From NCBI RefSeq assembly GCF_902459465.1, contig NC_047062.1:26102001-26166000 (forward strand): DNA of 64,000 nt, in the 5' to 3' direction. Position 1 is the stretch's first letter; every line of letters starts with the position of its first letter. The translations under genes and the position numbers were made by a program. Below the pieces are notes generated by a model. It was not told where the DNA came from. It did not search any database and worked only from the letters and a program-made list of their open reading frames with translations. Of this stretch, positions 11,578-24,189 are shown in pieces. Source of the stretch: Asterias rubens. Taxonomy: Eukaryota.

Positions 11578-12814
11578 CTGAAATAAGTCAATAAAACAAT
11601 CATTACATTAAAATCTAAAGTGAAAGTACATCCTTGCGTTTTTAGATGGTAAATCATTTACTTCCATTCTCTAGTTTAAAACAAAACGTAAGCAAAATTA
11701 TTTAGAACAAGGCTAGGTTTAACGAAGTTTATAATAATACTTGTTGTCCCCCCCCCTCTCTTTTGTTGGGGGGGGGGGGCTGGGAGGGGGTTGGAAGGAT
11801 GTACCTCTGAACGTTTTAAGGCACAATTTTGCAGTTTAAAAAAACTAAAACATAACAACAATTTGCATAATTGTGACAGCAATGCATAATACATCTTTTA
11901 AAAAAGTTGCTTGTAAATAATTGTTGGTTGGCGGCTTTTATCCTACAACACAAGCTTAAAACCTGTTCAAGTTATACAGATATGTCAACCTCCATTGGAG
12001 GAACAAAATAAAAAGGACCGGGGTCTTAACTTCCTTATATAGTCACTTTTATAATATAAATGATTTAGACTAAACCGGGTTTGGAGAAATGACTCAATTA
12101 ATTAATAAGCCATCATTAATTGACTCCTTCCCTTATAAAGGGATTTATACAGGACATAATATGGATGTCAGTGAATAATGCTTATATAGTTTTTAACTGA
12201 TCATAATTATAACCGGAAGTTTTCATCATGCAAAACAAACAACCTTTTTAAAATTTCTAGAAATAAATGACTTTTTTTAAATATAAATGTGATATTCATA
12301 TCAAATCGGCTCAATTCGGACTAGCCATCCTCACGACACTTCAGGGGCACACAATCACTGAATAATTGGTAATGGAACCACATTTAAAACCAACGATCTC
12401 TAGAATGATAGAAATAATATTGCAAACCTACCTTTTTATTATCTTAAAGATCTCTTTGAACATAGGTAACACAATATGCATTCCTTTCATATATTTCGAT
12501 AAAAACAATGAAGTAAGCCAATAAATGTCCACGTTCTTGGTCTTTGTTTTCTCAGAAAGTTCTGTATTAAACATGAACACGTTTTTGCTCCGTATATGTG
12601 TTTGGTAACTCGGATCTTTCCACTCTAATTTGAAGTGATTGCATAATAACAATCCTACAGTCATTAGAATGATCCGATATTTCTCTTTTCAATGAAAGCA
12701 AGCTTTGGTATTGAGGATGAACATGGAGAACACTACTTTTTTGCAAAAAATGTCCTTTGATAATACAAAATAATTCGTAAGAGAGAAAGGAATGAACTGA
12801 GTTTGAATAGTCAC

Positions 12815-12871
12815 CGTCTAAGTATGATCCTTGGGTTTCCTGGTTGCTGATTGGATGAGCCAGACAAAGTC
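12815..12871 (-). CDS. Gene A exon 2: end of signal peptide plus linker
   Basis: ttgtttgcag|GA...GACG|gtgact; 57 nt, phase 1 to 1; GLCLAHPISNQETQGSYLD; paralog at 27901-27957. Confidence 0.85.
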
Positions 12872-14810
12872 CTGCAAACAAAACAAAATACACCATTACT
12901 TCAATTGAAACCCTGCAGCAAAGGCCAATGGCATAGTACCTAATGTTCTAGTGGGGTTGCCAATCAACAAGGGGGTCAGTGTTGACTAGAAGGGGACGGG
13001 ACAAAACTCGGCCAGTATACTCTGTGTACTCGGTACGTCAATATTGGTAATGCTAGATGAAACCAAATTGAGCTTACACCCATACCATCCCCGAAAATGT
13101 TGTTTACAACACACTTACATTCAAAACAATTCGTTAAAAAGAAGAACAAAACTATTTTACATTTATTAAAAAAGTTTTGAAGCATGTAATAACAACGCAC
13201 GGGGCGTTGCAACCAAAAATGACCCAAGCTTGAGGGTTTCAAGTGTATGTTATTTTCTTTTCGATTTAGGATCAAGTCCAACATTCCTCCATTGTAGCAT
13301 ATTGTGTAACAGTTAACCTTTTTATAATGGTCTGTATACGTTTTGGTATATAAATATGGAAGCGTGTTGCTGCCACATGAATAAAACAAGATCGTGTACG
13401 TATACGATAAGTTATCGTGTATGTACATCATACGTTTAGCTTTATAATACGTTTAGCTTTATTGTGTACGTACACGATCAGAGAGAGTGGCGGCAACGCT
13501 TCCGCATATACTCTGAAAAGTAATGACAATAAAAACTTGCATTGTAAGAGTGCAGCAGGTAGTGGGATAATGCATTATCACCCAAACAAAAGACAAGGAG
13601 CGTTACCGCTGTAACCCTTCACAGTGCATTCCTATAAGGGATTTTTCTTCCTGCGTGGACATCGCTTCAGATTTTCGGAAATTTTCAAATTAAATTTGGC
13701 GATTTATAAATGAAATGTTCATGGTTGGGTTTTTCTGTATAGTCCTATCTACATTTATATTGGAATGAAACATTCGAACGATTCCACAAATCGAAAGTAA
13801 ACTTTCCCTTTAAGTTTGAAGAAAATGTTACCCTTGTAAGGTAATGATATGAAAAAGTGTCAAGCATTCTGGCTAATTCAACAGCATTACATAAACTATC
13901 ACAATAAAGAAGACAGTATTTTTTAGATAACCAATAGCAAAAAGGCTCTCGAGATTGAGTTATTGTTTAATAACTTTGAAACAAATATAATTGTCATATT
14001 GTTGATGTTAACATTTAATCAACAAACGTAAGAATCTTGCATTGATACTTGAAGTTTTGAATCGCTCCATAACACCCAATAATTGTGTACCACTAACAAC
14101 AATAGTTTTATTATCATTTGCATATACTTTGTGAGATGGTGGGTGGAGACAAGATTGACTACTTACACATTTTCCATTGACTGCTACAACACAGTTGTTC
14201 AGAAATGATTAACCAAATAAGAATAAATAATGACTTTTCGATCGTTATAAGTTTTATAAGTCTCAAAATGTATCGCCCCATTTCTCCCGAAAAAAAATCC
14301 GTTTGGTTTTCATGTTTTTGTTTTTCTCTGAAGGCATTTTGTCAGATGATGATCTTTCAAAACGGCCAATGCGCAAATTTTCTTATTTGATAATGTCTCA
14401 CGGACAATTCACAATGATACGGGCACAGTTTAATTTCGGGTCTCAAAAATCAAAGGGTTTTAGTTTTATTTACTTATAAATGAGGGGCAATACATTGAAT
14501 GAAATTTAACAACTTTATTCTCGAATATTTAAAATTAGCAATTTAAAATGCTATTCAAAATGTACGACCCCAAAAATAAGACATAGATAATAAGCATGAT
14601 GAAAGTGAGTGACTGGAAGAAAATCTGCACCAAAAGCCTTTTAAAGTTTCAATCAAGTAATGTTTTTATGAATCCCTTTTCATTTGACACGATAACATTC
14701 AAATACTCAATAAAACCAAGTTTAGTCCTACTTTACACTGAGATTAATTTGTTACAACTCAGTCATCTATGGATAATTATACGCTGAAGTTGATTCAACA
14801 AAACACTCAC

Positions 14811-14865
14811 CGACTAGAAGTACACTCAGGAGCAGCATCGAACTAGCGAAGGCACAAGTAGACAT
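14811..14865 (-). CDS. Gene A exon 1: start codon and signal peptide
   Basis: ATG...GTCG|gtgagt; MSTCAFASSMLLLSVLLV(G), hydrophobic signal; paralog at 35555-35609. Confidence 0.85.
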
Positions 14866-16425
14866 TTTAAGATGATTGTAGGTTCAAGAAATGATGGCAC
14901 AATATTCTATCACAATGCTCGGGCACGGTCCTACATAAAAATGACTGCTCAAATATCAATGCACGGGCAAGTCCTGTACGCAGTATGACTGCACTATATT
15001 ATATGTCAATGCACGGGAACGCTCCTCTGATCTGAAAATGTGTTATTGTACAAAATTGTCAATGATCCATGATCTTGAATCCGTGTACCGGGAATTTAAA
15101 TCGAAACACGCCGACTGGAAATAACAAATCAGTTTCAGTTAGACTGAAGTTCATAGTTTCAAGGTTGTTAGTTAAAGTGATACTTGCATAGAATATGCTC
15201 CATGGTTAATTTGTTTGAAACTGTTTTTGTTGTATCATTCTTTCAATGCCGAAAAGCAATGACCTACAATGTATCCAATGGACAACAATTTTATTTCACA
15301 TTTCAGCCTGCTCGGAGTCCCAACAATTACCCCTACAATAACTCGAATAATGATCGGACACCTTTAGTTAATGGTACCCGGCAAGTTTTTGGTACCCGGC
15401 CAAAATGTACTCGACTACACCACTGACCTCGAGAAGGACTGTCTGACTAATGTGAATCTAATGTCACTCATCACAATTTAACCTAGATGCGAAAAAGGTC
15501 GTTACTAACCATTGATCTCCATTATACTGGATATCAATGTTACCGACCAACAATTACTTTCCAGTCGGTAATTATTTTAACTAAACTCAGTATATTATTT
15601 TCTAAAGCTAATCTGCACTTCATTCAAAAGTAAGAGTAAATGTACAAAAAAATGAAAAGACTTCAAATAGCTCAAAACGTAGATGAATTGGCTCAACTCA
15701 ACGGCACGAAGCGTAATCTTAACCGCCACGACGAGCTCGAAGAAGCGCCCTCCACGATGCCTTATTATCAATGTTGCCAGCACAAATCTAGAAGGGGAGA
15801 TAAACACTACTTTCGTCTTAGCTTTATCATAAGAAAATCAAACTGTGTGATTAGGTTTAACCATGGATAAATAAACTTTATTATTTGCTCCGTGGTTTAA
15901 CCCTTTTTGTCTTCTTTTCTTCAGTTTGAGTGCAACTGCACCAGAACTAAATATTATGGGGTGGATGGGACCTGATGGATTCCGAGTGGATTGTTTGGTT
16001 GGTTGGGTGTATTGGTGGTTTACAGAGGAACACACCCCTTTCCTAACTAACAATAATCACACAATAGACAATAATTAATTAATACACATGAGATAGGTTT
16101 GACATAATCGTTCCCACCCGATGAAGAAGTGAGGTTTATTCTCACCAGCTCTGCCTTTTACAGGTCAACGTCCCTATTACAAAGTATATAAACCTTGCAT
16201 TGGCCGGCATCTTTGGTGAAATGTGCACGCATGAAAGGCTATCATTGGCTGGGAGTTATGGGCAGCACGTACTCGTGTGCGCTTTTTTTTGTCCATTGTT
16301 GTTTTAATCAAAGATGGTGGTCAATGACGTCATATGCAATCAATCTTTAACACTAGCAGTATATAACATTGCCCAAGGTTTAACCAGTTAAATCCCAGTA
16401 TGTGATTTTAGATCTACCCACTTAA

Positions 16426-16807
16426 AGGCAGTGGACACTATTGGTAATTGTCAAAAACTAGCCTTCACAGTTGGTGTATCTCAACATATGCATAAAGTAA
16501 CAAAACTGTGAAAATTTGAGCTCAATCGGTCATCGAACTTGCGAGATAATAATGAAAGAAAAAAACACCCTTGTCAAACGAAGTTGTATGCGTTTAGATG
16601 GTTGATTTCGAGACCTCAAGTTCTAAATTAATTGAGGTCTCGAAATAAAATTCGAGGAAAATTACTTCTTTCTCAAAAACTATGGCACTTCAGAGGGAGC
16701 CGTTTCTCACAATGGTTTATACCATCAACCTCTCCTCATTACTCGTCACCAAGAAAGGTTTTATGCTAATAATTATTTTGAGTAATTACCAATAGTGTCC
16801 ACTGCCT
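16426..16807. mobile_element. TTAA-flanked MITE family A (Kolobok-like)
   Basis: TIR AGGCAGTGGACACTATTGGTAATT; TTAA at 16422-16425 and 16808-16811; other copies at 43508, 50942, 55198. Confidence 0.85.
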
Positions 16808-17141
16808 TTAAACAACCCCTTTGAAATTCGTAGTTCTACTGAATTTTCAAAATGTTAACTAATGCTCAATATTTCTTGTTGCTTTGTAAACAATTTGCTT
16901 TGCTGTTCTTCAATTTCGCATACATTTTATAATAAAACCGTATATGCTTATTCTAAAAAAGAACGTGTTTTCGGAAAATTAGTTTGTTGTTGAAGTCCGG
17001 AGTCACCTTGTGATTGTGAACCGTTTTACTTTACATTTTACGATTTCGTCTGTGACAGGTGAGGAAAGTCCTTATGTTGTGGTTAAGTCATGCTTTCTGA
17101 TTGTTTCTTTTTGGAATAAAAAGAAAACACAACTTGTTTAA

Positions 17142-17937
17142 GAGTCAGTTCAGGTAAATAATTGACATACTTGCTCACGGTCAAAAAATGATTTTTTTTT
17201 TTTATACTTTGTGGGTGGAAGGGCCTTGGGGTGCAAGTAAACAAAATTGCATTTTCAATTCTATATATAGCCCGTTGCCATGGTTACGGCTCATTTTGTT
17301 TTCTGACCATTTTAGGCCGATTTTGGGGTCTGAAAAACTGGTTTTTAGCTCATATTTACAACTCCACCCCACCAAAATGCAAAATTATTTCAAAAAACCT
17401 TTTATATCACTACAAAGTATCATCCTTGGCCTTCCTTGAGAAAAAAAAGTATCAACAAATGGAAAGACCAATGTTGGCCCTAATCACAGCCGAAAAGAAA
17501 ATTTTCTGAGACCCCTGGCAAGTTGACATTTTGGGGTCCAAAAATAGGGTAAAAATGTCGATTTTGCAAGTTCTAAAAACATACTGTAATGCATGATGCA
17601 AAAATAGCACAAGGGTGATATTTAAAGCAATAATTTTTTTTCTCAAGGAAGGCCAAGGATGATAATTTGTAGTGATATAAAAGGTTTTTTGAAATAATTT
17701 TGCATTTTGGTGGGGTGGAGTTGTAAATATGAGCTAAAAACCAGTTTTTCAGACCCCAAAATCGGCCTAAAATGGCCAAAAAACAAAATGAGCCGTAACC
17801 ATGGCAACGGGCTATATATAGAATTGAAAATGCAATTTTGTTTACTTGCACCCCAAGGCCCTTCCACCCACTAAGTATAAAAAAAATTCATTTTTTGACC
17901 GTGAGCAACTATGTCATTTATTTACCTGAACTGACTG
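17142..17937. mobile_element. Foldback element, ~310-bp inverted arms, ~185-bp spacer
   Basis: 17142-17448 is the reverse complement of ~17633-17937 (gives mirror-image ORFs in the track); flanked by TTAA on both sides. Confidence 0.85.
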
Positions 17938-20468
17938 TTAAATAGTCAGCAGTGCTATGAAATTAGGCTTGCATTTTATAGTTATCATTTTCTACATATT
18001 AACTATAGTTTAGAGTCTGTAATAATACTAAGATATACGTACAACTTTAAAGACCATCACCATGCAGACACCATCTCTGTTTGGTCTCCTGTGACATGCA
18101 ACGAAAATAACCCCTATGGCATAGAGGGCCTGGTTATTCCACTCAAACCTATATCCTGAATTCGTATTGGCCCAACTGCAATCTGATTGAGTTCTGTAAC
18201 CAGATACACTCAATCATACTTTGCTTCTCTTGTCCTAATATATTGTATCCATTGTGTGCAAAGATAGACATGCTTGATGAGATAATATGGTATTGTGTTC
18301 ATAAGTAACTTGAGAGTTGAGAACAAAGGAAAAGGAGCGGTGAGTGGGACGCCCTCTTTCGTCTCACAGGCCTCTCATTAGAAGAGAAATAATTTGGATG
18401 TGATTCTCATCCTTAATTGCTCCGGTGTTTTGCACATTAATTATTAGCACCTCCCGTCACTCTACACTGTTCCCTTACAGACCATGCTTAAGTCCGCCTC
18501 TTTACAAATCCCCATTCCCTTAATCGTACAGAACTGATGCCATTCATTCTGAACGGACAGACCCACCGTGTACTCCAGACAGACGATTATCCTTGAAGTA
18601 CAGTATACCCCCACTACAAAGAAATGAGTAGCCTCCTATGTTTACTGATTATACCGATAAATATTATTCACGGTACACGTTTGATTAATGATTGTAATCG
18701 TGTAATAATAACAATTCTTGATTATAAGAAGCAATTAATATCTCCGTTTGATTGTTACATTTATCCTTACGAATAAAATGAAACGTCAATGCACAGGTCC
18801 TAACACTTGATACCAAAGTTAGGCAGACCATGACGTGTGTGATGTTTAACTTTGAAACACCACTGCCATTGGCGTTCCAGGCTCCTTCACGGTTTCTATA
18901 CAATGAAGAAAATAGACAAGTGAATATAATGACAAATATTACCAGGTGTGGACTTCAATGTCTAATCGGTATTGATATTCCTAGGCGGAATATTTCGTTG
19001 TTCAAAATGTCAAATTCAAGGCCATTGAATATACAGACCCATTGTTCTTACAGTGATGTCATCAGATTTGTTCGATGTTGACACATTTTACCCCGGAAGC
19101 CAACGAACACAATGGCATTTTACACAATGAGGTGGAGGCTTGTCATTTTCAACACTCACAATAATGAGGACTTTATCTTTCGGAAATTGAGTACACAGCA
19201 ACTTATATTTCCACATCTCCATCGCTTTGATTTGAGTTTTTATTGATATACATTGTGGCTAGAATTATTCGAAAATGATTTCAAGGTTAAGAAATAATTG
19301 AATTTAAAGCAACATGTCTAAATGTTTTGTCACTGGTTCAGCGTGCAGTAGACACGGACTGAGTTGGGGGGGGGGTTTATGATTGATATCTGCAGGCTCT
19401 CAGCAGAAGAAAACTTATTTTCAAGAGGAGTTAACAGTACGTCTCTGATTAGTTTAAACAACGCGTTTTCATTGTTATGTGTTGTCCATAATAAAACATA
19501 ATATAATTACCTTAACATTTACTGCAAAGATTCCTGCAAAAAGTAAACCGATTCTCGCCAACCTGTGATGTGAAAATCATTCCCGTAGGCAAAAACCAAA
19601 ATGAGTAACATGTTATTGCAACTAGATAGTTTCAGTAACGTGACAAAATAGTGTTTCGAAAAAGTAAAACCGGTTATTTCGAGGGTGTGAGCAACAATTG
19701 AAGATTGAAGATGTAATGCTCACAGACATGCACGTTGTGGAAATCTTCCTTTGAAATTTTACTTCATGTGTGTAGACTGTTGAGTCACACAAAGTGCAGA
19801 GGTTTGTGGATGGCCACGTCTTTATATGCAGACATCTGCAGCACTAAACTGACTTTTTAAACGACATATTAATGTACGTTAAAAACTGTGTTGTCATGTA
19901 GTTCAAATAATTGACTCGAAACCTCGTACAATTCTTTACACCCTAACAACACACAGGTCACTGGCAGAATCCAAGTCATAATCCCAGTATTTTTATATCA
20001 ATTACTGGATTGGCTTGACACAGAACTGGATCGGGCCTCTGGGACCAAGTATCCAGGTAAATTCTGGAAACGGGAATTTTCCAGAGTAAAGTATCGCCAT
20101 TCACGGTTAAATTAAATCTTAGGGTAAAATACCACCTTTTTGGTAGAAATATGTCATAACAGGTCAATTCTCGTCACATATATGCAAATACGGTTAGCGG
20201 CGATATGAAAGGGAAATCGCACAGTTAGCACGAAATCAGCTGCCGAGCAGCTCTATTTAATTGGGCCCTGAAGTCAGAGTTGCAGCATGGTGAACACATT
20301 TTTCTTGAGGATTTCTCAGAGAGTTTTATGCATTTTAAGATTTGTTGTTCAAGATTCATCACAGGGGGTTAAAGCAAGACTGCATAAGTTTGTGATCTAC
20401 TGAAGAAAGGTAGACAGCTTTTCCATCTCAACCTTGATGTAATCTCTAACTGGGATCACTAATAATCA

Positions 20469-20649
20469 CAGTGGTGCACCCGAAAGGGGGGGGGTGGGTC
20501 TAGGGCATTGATCCCAGCCCCTCCAAGGTCTTCAATTTGTTTGTTTGATTTATTTGTTTTGATTTTTTTTTGTTTTACAATCTTCGAAAGAAATGTTTGG
20601 GGAAAATATGGCCCATCCCCCAAAATAATAAATCCTGGGTGCGTCACTG
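20469..20649. mobile_element. Small MITE
   Basis: Imperfect 13-bp TIR CAGTGGTGCACCC / GGGTGCGTCACTG. Confidence 0.55.
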
Positions 20650-21719
20650 CTGATAATTTAAATTCTGGTTCTGGTTAAACCACACCAGCCCTCAACAAGA
20701 TAAAAATAGCAAACCATTTCAGTAACTTTAGAAACAGAAGAGTGAGTTTTGTTGGTGGATTTATTATGTAAAGTATATAAATGTACTAATTTGTAACCTA
20801 ACACCTGTACAAAAATAGTCATAAAAATGTAAATTTTGAAGAGCCCAACTGTTTCTTAGTGGATTCTGATAGAGGAAGACATGCTCTATCAAGCGATTTT
20901 TATTTCGTTGATTTTTGGAATGATACATTATTTCAAAAACTAGGTCAAAGGTCACGATAACAAATTAACTATCACAGTGGCCAACATTTCAGATAATTTA
21001 TTTTTGACAAAATAATTGATTTGAGCATGCAATTCTCATCATTTTGATATCAAAGTTGCATAATATGCGATAAAAATTGACATGGTTATGACATATTTTT
21101 ACCAAAAAGGTGGTATTTTTCCCTAAATGTATCAGATTTTAATGGTTTCTGCCCTGACCACATGGTAAGTCCGATCGGGATAAAAAAAGGTGTGCATTCA
21201 TTGCTCATAATGACCTTTAATCATATACGGATTGTTATAACGCCTTATTGCAAGGACCATGGTAAAAGAACAAGCTGTGTTGAATTAGAGTCTAACGTGG
21301 GGGAGTAGTTTGTAGTGGTGTTATTTTTTTATATTGACTTGGTTAACAAATAACTGGCTTTTAAGTGCGCCACCAAGAGTTTGCAAAGGAGAGGTAAATG
21401 TGTAAAGACCGTTCAAGTCCCCGGCAAAACAAAACAAAGTCTTTTATTTTTAACCTTTGATTTTTTTATCTGAACACAATCGGCAAACAAAGTATTAGTA
21501 AAATTGTTACTACGTCAGTTCCATTATTAAAGTTAACACAAGATAATTTCACAGTCTAGTGTGAGCAGGGAAGTCCATAATATTTCGCTAGGCTCCTTAC
21601 GAAAAAGGTCGTGCTACTACACTTGCTTCCCACATGTAATTTGAAATATATTAGAATGATGATGGCTCCGGTTTGCAAAGGGTTTTTGATAAGTACCATT
21701 TGGCTACATCCGTAATTAC

Positions 21720-22031
21720 CTTTATAACAGGTTACTCCGGCAGTTTCTGTGTTTCTGCACTTTGGTTTTTTCCAGCAATGTGATGGACACTCTGTGATTT
21801 TGGCCTCGGAACCGTCACACGCAACCCGATCCATTAAGTTGGGACCACTCCCTTGACCGAAGAAAGCATCCGACTTTGCCTGCCTGGCACCAGGGTAACC
21901 CAGCTGTCTGCAGACGACCCCAGCATCAGTCAAGTCCCACTCATTGTCGCAGATGGCGCCCCATGTACCATTCACATTGACCTCAACCCTTCCACTTCCC
22001 CTGGTTGGTCCGTCCACAAGCCTTACAGTGT
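21720..22031 (-). CDS. Gene B exon 7: SRCR domain 2
   Basis: cttccctatcttaacaag|AC...AAAG|gtaatt; 312 nt, phase 1 to 1; DTVRLVDGPTRGSGRVEVNVNGTWGAICDNEWDLTDAGVVCRQLGYPGA...DRVACDGSEAKITECPSHCWKKPKCRNTETAGVTCYK. Confidence 0.95.
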
Positions 22032-22191
22032 CTTGTTAAGATAGGGAAGAGTGAATAGAAACAATGTAGCCGAGTCGAAATGGAAAGAGGGGTAGACAAT
22101 TTTACCACGATCAGTTTTAAGCTTGACATTTTCTGCATTAAAACCACTAAAAAATAATAAAGAGTAAACTCAACCGGATTGTGCTCACGTA

Positions 22192-23660
22192 TATAAACAA
22201 CCATAGTTTGTATAGCGAAGCGGGCACCTTAGTAGGCGTAGGTTTGTTTGTATATAAACAACCAGAGTTTTTACAGCGAAGCGGGCAATTTAGTAGGCGT
22301 AGGTTTGTTTGTTTATAGACAACCAGAGTTTGTATAGCGAAGCGGGCAACTTAGTAGGCGTAGGTTTGTTTGTATATAGACAACCGGAGTTTGTATAGCG
22401 AAGCGGGCAACTTAGTAGGCGTAGGTTTGTTTGTATATAAACAACCAGAGTTTGTAAAGCGAAGCGGGCAACTTAGTAGGCGTAGGTTTGTTTGTATATA
22501 AACAACCAGAGTTTATATAGCGAAGCGGGCAACTTAGTAGGCGTAGGTTTGTTTGTATATAGACAACCATAGTTGGTATAGCGAAGCGGGCAACTTAGTA
22601 GGCGTAGGTTTGTTTGTATATAGACAACCAGAGTTTGTATAGCGAAGCGGGCAACTTAGTAGGCGTAGGTTTGTTTGTATATAGACAACCGGAGTTTGTA
22701 TAGCGAAGCGGGCAACTTAGTAGGCGTAGGTTTGTTTGTATATAAACAACCAGAGTTTGTAAAGCGAAGCGGGCAACTTAGTAGGCGTAGGTTTGTTTGT
22801 ATATAGACAACCGGAGTTTGTATAGCGAAGCGGGCAACTTAGTAGGCGTAGGTTTGTTTGTATATAAACAACCAGAGTTTGTAAAGCGAAGCGGGCAACT
22901 TAGTAGGCGTAGGTTGATTTGTATATAGACAACCAGAGTTTGTATAGCGAAGCGGGCAACTTAGTAGGCGTAGGTGTGTTTGTATATAGACAACCGGAGT
23001 TTGTATAGCGAAGCGGGCAACTTAGTAGGCGTAGGTTTGTTTGTATATAAACAACCAGAGTTTGTAAAGCGAAGCGGGCAACTTAGTAGGCGTAGGTTTG
23101 TTTGTATATAGACAACCAGAGTTTGTATAGCGAAGCGGGCAACTTAGTAGGCGTAGGTTTGTTTGTATATAGACAACCATAGTTGGTATAGCGAAGCGGG
23201 CAACTTAGTAGGCGTAGGTTTGTTTGTATATAGACAACCATAGTTGGTATAGCGAAGCGGGCAACTTAGTAGGCGTAGGTTTGTTTGTATATAGACAACC
23301 AGAGTTTGTATAGCGAAGCGGGCAACTTAGTAGGCGTAGGTTTGTTTGTATATAGACAACCGGAGTTTGTATAGCGAAGCGGGCAACTTAGTAGGCGTAG
23401 GTTTGTTTGTATATAAACAACCAGAGTTTGTAAAGCGAAGCGGGCAACTTAGTAGGCGTAGGTTTGTTTGTATATAGACAACCAGAGTTTGTTTAGCGAA
23501 GCGGGCAACTTAGTAGGCGTAGGTTTGTTTGTATATAGACAACCATAGTTGGTATAGCGAAGCGGGCAACTTAGTAGGCGTAGGTTTGTTTGTATATAGA
23601 CAACCATAGTTGGTATAGCGAAGCGGGCAACTTAGTAGGCGTAGGTTTGTTTGTATATAG
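22192..23660. repeat. 61-bp minisatellite, ~24 copies, intronic
   Basis: Unit gacaaccagagtttgtatagcgaagcgggcaacttagtaggcgtaggtttgtttgtatata. Confidence 0.98.
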
Positions 23661-23880
23661 AATTGGAAGAAAATAAGAGACGTATTTTGTGAGAAAGATT
23701 ATTGACAACTCATCCTTCGAGTTATCAATCGATGCGGTTATTACCTTAAATAATGAAGATATCGATTTGAGAAATTGAATCATGAAGTTAAAAAAAAATA
23801 GGTTTAGTTTCAAACGTCGAAGGCTTTCTGATAATCTTCACAAAAAAAAGCCACAAGACCATCGACCCACATCGACTTAC

Positions 23881-24189
23881 TTGGTTTGCAGACTACTCCA
23901 GCAGTGCTGGTGCATGGATCGTTTTCCCTGCAAAGAAATGGGCACCAGGAAAGATATGGCTCCGTCCCTTTACAAGCAACTCGATCCATTACAATAGGAA
24001 GTTCTGTCGCTCCGTAAAATGATCCAATCTTTGCCTCACTTGCCTCTAGGAAACCAAGCTGCCAGCATACAGTAGTCGCATCTTGTATGTCCCAGTTTGT
24101 ATCACATACCGCACCCCAAGCACCGTCATGGTAAATCTCGACTCGACCTCTAAGTGCGTCATCACCTCCAGCTAGCCGGATGATACCAT
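23881..24189 (-). CDS. Gene B exon 6: SRCR domain 1
   Basis: ttttattgaag|AT...CCAA|gtaagt; 309 nt, phase 1 to 1; DGIIRLAGGDDALRGRVEIYHDGAWGAVCDTNWDIQDATTVCWQLGF...DRVACKGTEPYLSWCPFLCRENDPCTSTAGVVCKP. Confidence 0.95.

Noticed and set aside
11749-11797. C9/G12 runs as a functional G-quadruplex
   Set aside because: Simple homopolymer tracts in an intron with no supporting context
15925-15975. Plus-strand acceptor followed by FECNCTRTKYYG, resembling a cyclooxygenase or laminin EGF motif
   Set aside because: Stops after 16 codons, no other Cys or partner exons; likely chance
17188-17867. Two pairs of near-identical ORFs on opposite strands
   Set aside because: Mirror images produced by the foldback arms; no protein-like features
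4421-23660. Regular repeat arrays (51, 61, 67 bp) as possible CRISPR arrays
   Set aside because: Units are contiguous near-identical repeats without unique spacers; eukaryotic context, no cas genes
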